Of a DNA stretch of 64,000 nt, positions 36,141 through 45,938 are shown piece by piece (within the stretch, counting starts at the first letter, position 1; every line of letters begins with the position of its first letter). The stretch covers positions 3,782,001 through 3,846,000 of the forward strand of contig BQFW01000002.1 in assembly GCA_020891255.1 (NCBI GenBank), read 5' to 3'. The position numbers and the translations under genes were made by a program. The stretch comes from Entomortierella parvispora E1425. Lineage: Eukaryota > Fungi > Mortierellomycota. The notes beneath the pieces were generated by a model. That model saw nothing but the letters and a program-made list of their open reading frames with translations. It made no database searches and had not been told where the DNA came from.

Positions 36141-37129
36141 TCGAACAGACGGAGACCTTCCAACGTCTGAGAATGCTTCTCCAGTGCGGCCAGGGATCTG
36201 TACCAGAATCCTGCTTGCATTATCGACAGTACCCGGAGAGGACCGCATGCATCCAGGATTTGGGCCACTTGGCTGTCGCTGAAAAGGTAGGTCAACTCAA
36301 TTCGCTGTAGATATTTCCATGTTGGACTCCGAAGACTCTTGAAAGCCAGTCTTGTGTCTGGAACCATTTTGCGCAACCTTTCTGGGTTATGCATGAGCAA
36401 TAGTTCCCGGCTGCTTTCAGTGAACACCCACGGAAGTAAACGAAGTTGTGGACATTGAGCATACCAGCGGAGTTCTTGTCCCGAGCTACGGAAGAATCCT
36501 TGGATCGCAAGCGTTCTCATTTCTGGAAACTGTGGTTCGACCGTGAAATCACTCCAGACACCTTGACAACGGTGAAGTTCAAGTTTCCTCAGTCTTGATC
36601 CTAGCTCCATCAATGCTGTTGTCTCCTGCTCGTCCAGACGACAGCCCCCAAGTTCCAGGGATTGCAGGAACAGGCTGCACTGCGAAAAAACAACATTCCA
36701 AGAAAGGCGGAGCTCACACTGTCGGGTGTAGGTAATTGTGAGGTTACGGAGTTGTTGGTTCAGGAGGATCAGCGCCTCGCCCGACGCACGACCCTTTCTC
36801 GAGGGTTCATCCAGGAACGAAAGATCCAAGGTCGTGAGATTATGGCATCGCAAAGACGAGCGCGATGTAAAGATATCGACTCCATTGTGGCTATTTTCTC
36901 GATCCGAGCTTATGTCGAGGTAGAGACGTCGAATATGCTTGAGATGTCGCGTCACTGCTTCTACGGATGGCAATGCCATATCTGTATAGGCGACTGTCCT
37001 GTAGAGCACTGGGATCAAGACTCGGTGCCATGACTTGCAGACGCAAAGACATGTTGCCAGAGATGCCGGTGGCATAGATTCTCCGATGAGGAGTAATATC
37101 TCGTCAGGAATGTCAATGACTGAATGCAT
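35399..37129 (-). CDS. F-box/LRR protein, array copy 3, intact (576 aa); mosaic of copies 2 and 4
   Basis: The N-terminal half matches copy 2 and the C-terminal half matches copy 4 (ANQLVQD..RFEASHDVKLARPWVC..YSDFIDE). Confidence 0.9.
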   Translation of the reverse strand: MHSVIDIPDEILLLIGESMPPASLATCLCVCKSWHRVLIPVLYRTVAYTDMALPSVEAVTRHLKHIRRLYLDISSDRENSHNGVDIFTSRSSLRCHNLTTLDLSFLDEPSRKGRASGEALILLNQQLRNLTITYTRQCELRLSWNVVFSQCSLFLQSLELGGCRLDEQETTALMELGSRLRKLELHRCQGVWSDFTVEPQFPEMRTLAIQGFFRSSGQELRWYAQCPQLRLLPWVFTESSRELLLMHNPERLRKMVPDTRLAFKSLRSPTWKYLQRIELTYLFSDSQVAQILDACGPLRVLSIMQAGFWYRSLAALEKHSQTLEGLRLFDCDGLRSWMCQWIMVTFPKLTHLKLGRVFAHDMVTGLGAEEARANQLVQDAKDDMEKRQQEISDEKHDMVDELNNIMARFEASHDVKLARPWVCLNLVQLTIYFTFPEKQETKGWDEQIFRQIATLDRLEKLNLGLSILMIEHCYTGRPLGLKLQSGLTHLAPLKKLTALKFVNSRQQLDTQDLIWILNQWPGLKEISSCLHDDEDTRNELWKMVEDKGIKLLLQEYEYQDDDYDDDDDRYSDFIDE

Positions 37130-37517
37130 TCCGGGATGGTGCTGCTGATGAAGATGAAGGTAAGATGATGGTGATGTAGAAGCAAATGAGCTCGTGTGAT
37201 CACGATCACGGCCAAATATGAGATTGGGTGATGTGCACCCTTAACATCAAAGATCGGCCTCCAGAAAAGACTTGAACGGTCCTTTTCAGGGACACCCATG
37301 TCCATGCTTCCCTCACGGCGAACTGACGACAGAGTGCTTGATCAAACTCCGAGAGACAGGCTGTGGGTGCTGGGTTGAGGAGACATGTTTGTTTGAGCAA
37401 ATAGACACAGTTGGTGCCCACTCCACATTCATTGAAATAGCGATTGACCAGGGGAGAGGTCCATAAAGGCATCCGAGGACCAGACTTGCTTTGGCAGCAG
37501 TAATTCTAAACCACAAT

Positions 37518-39259
37518 TTATTCGTCAATAAAATCGCTGTAACGGTCATCATCATCGTCATAGTCATCGTCCTGGTATTCATATTCCTGTAGCAGTAGCT
37601 TGATGCCTCTGTCTTCCACCATTTTCCACAATTCATTCCGTATATCTTCGTCATCATGAAGGCAGCTGCTGATCTCTTTCATTCCTGGCCATTGATTGAG
37701 GATCCAAATTAGATCTTGCGTGTCCAACTGTTGACGCGAATTTACAAATTTCAGGGCTGTCAGCTTCTTGAGAGGCGCCAAATGAGTCAAGCCAGATTGC
37801 ACTTTCAGCCCAAGCGGCCTTCCTGTGTAGCAATGCTCGATCATGAGAATAGATAGGCCCAAATTCAATTTCTCCAAGCGATCGAGTGTGGAGATCTGTC
37901 GAAAGATTTGCTCATCCCAGTCTTTCGTCTCCTGTTCCCTTGGGAATGTGAAGTATATGGTAAGTTGTACCAGATTCAAGCAGACCCAGGGCCTGGCCAG
38001 TTTAACATCATGTGAGGCTTCAAACCGGGCCATGATGTTGTTCAACTCGTCCACCATGTCGTGTTTTTCGTCCGAGATCTCCTGCTGGCGCTTCTCCATG
38101 TCGTCCTTGGCATCCTGCACCAACTGATTTGCTCGGGCCTCCTCTGCTCCAGGGCCAGTTACCATGTCGTGAGCAAAGACGCGCCCCAACTTGAGATGAG
38201 TCAGCTTTGGAAAGGTGACCATGATCCACTGACACATCCAGCTACGCAGACCATCACAGTCGAACAGACGGAGTCCCTCCAACGTCTGAGTGTGCCTCTC
38301 CAGTGCAGCCAGAGACCTGTACCAGAATCCCGCTTGCTTTACTGACAGAAACCGAAGGGGACCGCATGCACCCAGGATTTGGGCCACTTGGCTGTCGCTG
38401 AAGGTGTAGGCCAACTCAATTCGCTGTAGACATTGCCATGTTTGACTCTGAAGATTCCCGAAAGCCAATCTTGCGTCCGACCTGATTTTGTGAAACTTGT
38501 CCGGATAGAATGTCTGCATCGATGTCCAGGAGCCGACGTCCAGCCACGAAAGTTCTCAAAGCTGTGGACACTGGGCATACCAACTGAGTTGTTGTGCCGG
38601 CTCGCTGAAGCGTCCCTCGATCGTCAGAACTCCCATCTCTGGGAACTGTGGCTCGACCGTGAAGTCACTCCAGACAGCTTCACAATTGTCAAGTTCAAGT
38701 TGCCTCAGTCTTGATCCTAGCTCCATCAATGCTGCTGCCTCCTGCTTGTTCAGATGACAACCCCGCATATCCACGGTTTGCAGAAACAGGCTGCAGTGAG
38801 AAAAAACGATGTTCCAAGAAAAGCAGAGCTGGCCTTGCCATCTGTCGGTAATCGTGAGTTTACGGAGTTGTTGGTTCAAAAGGATCAGCGCCTCACAGGA
38901 CGCACGGGTGTTTGCCGTGGAATGGCCTGAGAACCGAAGGTTCAAGCTTGTGAGATTATGGCATCGTAGAGACAAACTCGAAGTACAGATCTTGACGCCA
39001 GCTCTCTTGCTACCGATATCAAGATCCGTGTTCACATCGAGGATGAGATGCCGAATGTGCTTGACATGTCGGATCATTCCTTCAAGGGATGGCAACGGTG
39101 CTCTACAAGCGATGGTCCTATAGAGTATTGGAGCTAAGAGCTGATACCATGACTTGAGACACGAAGGCATGCCACAAGAGATCCCTGAGTCATGGATTCT
39201 CCAACGATAAGTAAAATTTCAGGGGGGAATATCTCGGGGACCGCCATTACTGCATGCAT
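37518..39259 (-). pseudogene. F-box/LRR array copy 4, disrupted (1-nt deletion plus in-frame TGA)
   Basis: ATG at 39259 gives MHAVMAVPEIFPPEILLIVGES..CLRV. GTC-TC-AAG replaces GTC-TGC-AAG at about 39157 (frameshift). An in-frame TGA at 38556-38558 reads PQL*EL where paralogues read PQLR. The ORF 37518-38519 is intact. Confidence 0.85.
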
Positions 39260-39276
39260 TTGGGGGTGGCGTGTGA

Positions 39277-39330
39277 TGATGCAGATGCAGATGCAGATGC
39301 AGATGGAGATGGAGTTGATGTTGATGTTGA
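39277..39330. repeat. Degenerating hexamer array (GATGCA)n to (GATGGA)n to (GATGTT)n just upstream of copy 4
   Basis: Directly visible in the sequence. Confidence 0.9.
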
Positions 39331-39881
39331 GGACGATGGTGTTGTGTCACCAAAAATAAAAACTGAAGGCAGTCGGATGCTGCACCCTTAAATCCCTGGT
39401 TTTTGTAGCACGCAGCCAGGTTGGGACTCAAGAGAGGCGTGATTGTCTACGATCATCCCCAGCTCCACCTATCCGACAATGTACTGTACATTCCAGCCCA
39501 GACGACTGTGTCACCAACAGATCTTTAGATCTTCAGTCATCTTTCCACAGAGACCAATCCTCGAACAAATAATGATGAAAAAGTATTTTGAACGGTGTCC
39601 AAAACGCAAAACCCGCCCTATGTGGTACGGAGCTCGAGAGACATCAAAAAGGGGGATGGCGAAGAGAGCTCAGAAGGATTGATCAGCCTCTCAAAAAGCA
39701 ATCGCAAGAGCGCAAGGGTTGGTTGGTCGGGAAGGCAGGTTTGCTCCAAAAAAAAAAAAACAGGTCAACGCTCCAACAATCATCCAAACGACTCTCAGGA
39801 AAGAAGTTCATGTACGCATGCCAAGTCCTCATTTTAATCATGAATAAAAGTACTAAGGCAATTCTCTTCATCGTCATATTC

Positions 39882-41216
39882 TTAGTCGCTTTCGTAGCCA
39901 TACACATAGTTCTCCCGCCGCAGTCTTACACCTCTTTCTTCAATCAATTTCTCCAGTTCGAAGCGAACATGAAGGTCGTTATGAAGGCCGTGATTCAACT
40001 CTTTCAGGTTTGGCCACTGATCTAATATCCAGCGCAGATCTTGTTCATCCAATTGCTGGCGTGCAGACGCACCAACAAATTTCAGGGTAACCATGTTCCT
40101 GATCGGCGCTAAAAGAGTCAAGCCAAACTGTATCTTCAACTGAAGACTTCGTACTCGAATGCCGCTATGAATGCGATCTTCGCAAAAAAAAACAGACTGG
40201 CCAAAGTTCAAATGTTCCAGGTGACGCAGCTTCGAGATCTGTTGAAAGACCTGTTTATCCCAGTCAGTCGCCTCTTGTCCAGATGGGAACGCGATGAACA
40301 TTGTGAGTCGAACCAGATTCAGGCAGACCCAGGGCTTCACTCGTTGAAGGTCGCGTGAGGCTGCGAACCGCGCCATGATTTCGTTCAGCTCGTCCACCAT
40401 CTCGTCATCTCCACTCCTGATCTCCAACTCCCGATATGATATATCGTCCCTGGCATCTTGTGCCAACTGATCTGCTCGGGCTTTCTCCGCTCCATCGCCA
40501 ACTACCATTTCGTGCGCAAAGACGCTTCCAAGTTTGAGACAAGTCAGCTTGGGAAAAGAAGCCATGATCCACTGACACATCCAACTCCTCAAGTCACCAT
40601 GGAAAACCCGTAGTTCTTCCAATGTCTGAGAGTGCTTCTCCAGTGCAGCCAGGGACCTGTACCAGAATGACGCTTCCTTGACTGTCACTATCCGGAGAGG
40701 ACCACAGGCATCCAGGATTTGGGCCACTTGACTGTCGCTCAGGTTGTCGGACAAATAAAGTTGCTGCAATTGCTGCCATGGTCGACACTGAAGACTCTTG
40801 AAAGCCAGTCTGTTTGGTGTCCTGTCTTCGTCGTCTTCTGGCGCCACCCACTTGAGTGATCGAAGCTGTGGACATTGAGAATACCAACAGAGTTCCCGTC
40901 CTAGATTATCGAACATGCCATTGATCGCGAGACTCTCCATTTTTTGGAACAGTGGCTCGTCTGGAAAGTCGGCCCAGACGCATTCACAGTGGCGAACATC
41001 CAGAATCTTCAGCCTCCTTCCTACTATCATCAGTACGACCGTGTCCAATTTACTCAGACGACAAGACCGGAGCGTCAAGGATTGTAGAGTCCGCATGCAC
41101 TGAAAAAGCACGGCTTTCGAAGGAAAGTGTGGCCGAATTGCATGCTGGCCGAAAATACTGAGCCTGCGCAGTTGTTGATTCAGAAGGATCAGCGCCCCGA
41201 AGAATGCACGACCCTC

Positions 41217-41249
<33 letters not shown>

Positions 41250-41558
41250 CTCAAATATAACATGCAGGCCGAGGAGATTATGGCATCGGAGGGATAGAAG
41301 CGAGGTAATTGTGTAGTGTCCATTGCTGTCTTTGGAATGTATGCTGATGGTGAGATGCCTGATTTGCTCGGCATGTCGCGCGATCCCTTCAATCGATGGC
41401 CACGGTGGACGTAAACAAGCGAGAGACGTGTAGAGTAATGGGGCTAGGAGCTGATGCCATGACTTGCAGACACGAAGGCATCTTGCAAGAGTTTCCTTGG
41501 TCAAGGATTGGCAAATTAGAAGCAAAACCTCATTAGGAAGGTCCCTTTGTGCATGCAT
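39882..41558 (-). CDS. F-box/LRR protein, array copy 5, intact (558 aa)
   Basis: MHAQRDLPNEVLLLICQSL..CLRVCKSWHQLLAPLLY, a (TCG)n-encoded poly-Asp insert, LRRs, KPWVCLNL. Confidence 0.9.
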
Positions 41559-41823
41559 GTCGAGAAGGTCTACAGGAGGGGGATGAATGAATGCAGATAA
41601 GAAGGCGACGCGTGAGGTGACTGCTGAAGTGGAGTTGCGCTGTGAAAGAAGTCTTTCTTGCCAGAGATCAGAGCAACCGTGGGTGGGCGGTAGTTAGGTA
41701 CAGGTACGTGCAGCGGATGCCCGCTCTAAAGTCATTGAAACAGCGACTGTCGGGGAAAAGTTCATGAAAGCATCCAAAAGTCCAGACCTGGCGTTTGCCA
41801 GCTACTCTTCTAGACCTCACTCT

Positions 41824-43513
41824 TTACTCCTCTATAAAATCGCTGTTATAGTCCTCTTCTACATAAAAATATACCTCCTCCTCCCCCTCCCCATTTTCGT
41901 CCTCAAATTCAAAAGCCTGCACCAGCGGTTCGATGCTTCTAGCCTCCACCAATCTCAGCAACGCTTCCCGTTTCCCCTTTTTATAATGAAGATCGCGACT
42001 CATTTCTTTCAGAGTCGACCACTGATCCATTATCCACATCAGGTCCTGCTCGTCCAATTCCTGCTGTGTCCCAGAAAATTTCAGCGTCACCAAGTTCTTG
42101 AGAGGCGCCAAAAGAGTCAGACCGGATTGTATTCTGAGATCGAGTCCGCGTGTGTAAAAGCCGCCGTGGAGGGAATGGTCCCGGATGTGCACCGACTGTC
42201 CCAGGTTTAAAGACTCCAAGCGATCCAGCTTTGAGATCTGTTGAAAGACCTGTTCATCCCACTGAGAGCTTGCCACAGTTGGGAACGAGATGAACAATGT
42301 GAGTTGAATGAGATTCAGGCAGACCCAGGGTTTCACCCGTTGAAGATCGCGTGAGGCTGCAAACCGCACCATGATCTCGTTTAGCTCGTCCACCATTTCG
42401 TCTTCGTCCTGTTCGACCTCCTGCTGGCGATAGAATATATCATCCTCGATATCTTCCGCCACCCGATGTTTTCGAGCTTCCTCAGCCCCACGACCAGTTA
42501 CGATTTCATGAGCAAAGACGCGTCCCAATTTGAGATGAGTCAGCTTTGGAAAGGTGACCAGGATCCACTGACCCATCCAGCTACTCATGTCACCATCGTA
42601 TACCCGGAGGCCTTCCAGTGTCTGGGCGTGTCTCTCTAGAGCAGCTAGAGACCTGTACCAGAATGACGCTTGCATCACTGACACTACGCGGAGAGGACCA
42701 CAGACGTTCAAGATCTGGGCTATCTGACAATCGCTCAAGCCGTAGGACAATTCTAGTCGCTGTAATTGATGCCAGGGTTGACTCTGAAGATTCCTGAACG
42801 CCAGTTTTGTTGCCAGTTGATTGATTGAAGCTGTGGACATTGACGGTACCAATGGAGTTCCTGCAACGGCTCATGGAACATACCGTCGATCGTAAGACTC
42901 TCCATCGCTGTAAATTGTGGGGCGTCCGTCAACTCTGTCCAGATGGCTCGACAGTGGATCAGATTAAGTTTTCTCAGCCTCCTTGCCATTTCCATCAACG
43001 CCGCCGTGTCCTGCTCGGTCAGACTGCAATACGCAAGCTGCAAGGACTGCAAAAACTGGCTGCATTTCGAAAAAACAGTAGTCCAAGTGAGCTGAGGCAG
43101 GCCAAAAGAACTGCTGCAAATCCTGAGATGCTGGAGCCGCTGGTTCAAAAGGATCAGCGCCTCGCAAGTCGCACGACTCTCCTCGCTATCGATATCCACG
43201 GTCACGACATCCATGCTCAGGAGGTTATGGCATCGGAAAGACGAACGCGAGGCAAATATGTTGGGTTGACCGTCTTCAAACGTAGGCTCCGGACTGATGA
43301 CGAGGGCGAGATGCCTAATGCACTCGGCATGACGCGTCATTGCTTCGATGGAGGGCATCGGTGAATCAAAATAAGTGATGTCCTTGTAAAGTAATGGGGC
43401 CAAGAGTTGATGCCAAGACTTGCTCACACGAATACATGCTGCCAGAGTTTTTCGAGGCAAAGATTCTCCAATGATGAGAATGATTTCGGGGGGAAGACCT
43501 TGCAGACCTCCAT
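41824..43513 (-). pseudogene. F-box/LRR array copy 6, disrupted by two frameshifts
   Basis: The ATG frame (MEVCKVFP) is one base out of register with PEIILIIGES at the C6 run (43488-43493). A second shift at about 42810 joins QLQSINW to KLAFRNL. The ORF 41824-42840 is intact. Confidence 0.8.
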
Positions 43514-44381
43514 TTCTGAGTGCGCCGGGATGGTGTTTGGGCAAAGGATGAAAGTTTGCATGTCGCCGTCAAATTGTAAAGCTCATGGACTTGATGGATG
43601 CCAGCACCCTTAACACACCACCCATTCAACAACAATCACACAATCACGTCCCACAGGTCTGTGTTGACATGGCACATGCAGGTGTAATGAAGGCAAACAA
43701 TCTACATATTGTCCCCATTTCCCCATTCACATGCGATGTTCATTGAACATTGAACGATGAGCAGCACAAAGTTGGTGCTCACAGAGGACTTGTTGACCAC
43801 GAGGGGGCGATCCTCAGGCGCTGCGCCCGCCTTTTAGAAAATATGAGCTGTTGCTTTTTTTCCCTGTGTGCAAGGCGTTCGAAGCCTTTCCGTCCATCCA
43901 CACGCCCTCTCCAGATGTTTGTTCTCCATGAACATCGCCGCAGCACAAAGAACAAACCTGTTCTGGTTTGCACGGTCCACATCGGTCATTGAAAGAAGGC
44001 TAAAATAAATAGCATTTGAAAAAAAAAAAAGGGTCCATCCATGGTCGTGTCGAGGACGCGCCAAATAAAGCCAGATCAGTGTCTTTCCGCTTCAGCACCT
44101 CGCCACGTGGGAAAGTGCCGAGCGCGTTCGGTCAGTGAGACAAAAATGGAGACTCTTGTCCTCTTGTCCTCTTTCCCCTTCCAGGGACACGAGCGGACGA
44201 TGGAATGAGGAATGAGCCTGCCCAACGGTGACTGAATGGACACCTCGCTCGGCTGTAACGAGAGTGCAGGCCCTGCCCCCAGATGGCTCATGGAGGCAAT
44301 GTGCACCTCATGAGAACTCACCCCAACCCAACTCTCTCATCGCCATCCTTTTTTGTGTTTTTTGTTTGCAAAGTAACATAC

Positions 44382-44520
44382 AATAAGCCGATGCCGCAAG
44401 AGCACCGGGCCAAAAATTGGTGGGGTTTTTGAATGCCGCGCTCTTTGCAGAGAGGACAAACAATAATACCGCGAGAATCAGGGTCAAATGAATGCTCGGT
44501 AGTCTCTTCACTGCAAGCAT
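44382..44520 (-). CDS. Candidate first exon of a small secreted protein (downstream exons unresolved)
   Basis: MLAVKRLPSIHLTLILAVLLFVLSAKSAA resembles a signal peptide. A TATAAAAG box lies 61 nt upstream and a GTATGT donor at 44381. Confidence 0.45.
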
Positions 44521-44580
44521 CTGCCTGACCCTCTGCGTCTGAATCTGAGGAGAGAAGAAGGAAAGAGAGAGAGAGGCCTA

Positions 44581-44588
44581 CTTTTATA
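44581..44588 (-). promoter_or_regulatory. TATA box (TATAAAAG) followed by a CT-rich tract
   Basis: Plus strand cttttata at 44581-44588. Confidence 0.55.
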
Positions 44589-45129
44589 CCCGAGGGTTTG
44601 GCAAAAACTGTCCAGGACGGTCCGTGCGCCACCGAAAAGTTCATGGTGAGGGAGACAAAACTGCAAGAAAAGAAGCCGTTGATTTCATTCGGGACACAAA
44701 ATTGTTTTCCTCGGTATTCCTCCCTGCTTGGGCCACAGCTGGATGGCCTGACCGCCTTCGAGAGTAGGAATGGGCAGCCGCTGCAAATGGTGAATGACTG
44801 CTCATTCATTCTCATGCATGGCCAATGGCGCAGTCTCTTGACACTCGCTTTGCTCTTCTCCCGGACCTGCTGTCGCGTGCGATCAGAGTGCTCTGGCGAT
44901 GCGGCTGTTCCTCTCTTCCTCCTGCATCCTCGACTCTGACCTTTATCAGAAATAAAGCTTTATTTTTGGATATTACATTATTGTAGTATGGGGTTCTCTC
45001 TTTCATGTAAATGGGCCCTCTTGCAGGTGTTGTCAGGGCCATCAGATAGTTTTAGATGCGGGATATATAGTGGAGGAGGGAGGGGTCTCCCACCTTCTTC
45101 AGTCTTTCCTCTATGTTTTGTCTTTCTAT

Positions 45130-45900
45130 TTAGGCAAGGAATCGGGGCAACGCCTCTGTAAAGTCACGGCAAGGGCGCGATTGCTCAAGATCCAGGGCGT
45201 ACCAGAGACACTCTTTAGCACGACTCAAACGATCCGAGGCCTCAAAGACCTTACCGAGGTAGAACCAAGCCTCCGCCGAGTTCCATCCCTGTGATTTCGT
45301 GGTCGTTTCCAAGACGCTCTCGGCCATCTCGATGCTGCCCACCTGCAAATACGAGCTGCCAACACGCGTCAAGCATGCAGCATGGTAGGGATCGAGTGCT
45401 AACGTCTTTGAGTATGAAATGGATGCTGTCTCGTTGTCTTCCTGAGCGGTGTAAAGCAAGCCCAACTAAAAAAAAAAAAAAAAAAAAAAAAAGTCGTCAG
45501 AATGTGAGAATGTGGGCAACTGGCTGATTATTCAAAGTACTCGGTGCAAAAAACCAATAGGTACGTACCTGATACCAGACATCGGGGTTAGAGGCATCAA
45601 TCCGCTCGGCTTCTTCAATCGCACGCAGGGCCTCCTCCATACGATCCAACCGTCTGAAAGACGAAGCCGACAAGAGCCACAACGTGGCCAGCACCTTGTT
45701 GGCTCTTGCTTGACGCGACACTGACTTTCCTGTGGGTCGCTGAACACAAGGTGGGAGGCTCAACTGCGACCGAAGCATTCCTGAACCTCCAGCGGCAGCG
45801 GCAGCCGCTGGTGGAATCAGCTTTCCCTTCTTTTTCGATCCTGCCGATCCAATAGATGTGATCGAAGAGGCGTAGTTTGCCTTGGGAATTTCTGATGAAT

Positions 45901-45938
<38 letters not shown>

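Noticed and set aside
38556-38558. In-frame TGA in F-box copy 4 as selenocysteine or programmed readthrough
   Set aside because: Paralogues have Arg here, consistent with a CGA>TGA change; the position is not a redox Cys, no SECIS was seen, and the gene also has an upstream frameshift.
30959-43561. F-box array as a CRISPR array, transposon or viral insertion
   Set aside because: The repeats are kilobase-scale gene paralogues. There are no short repeat-spacer units, terminal inverted repeats, LTRs, or transposase, RT or capsid motifs.
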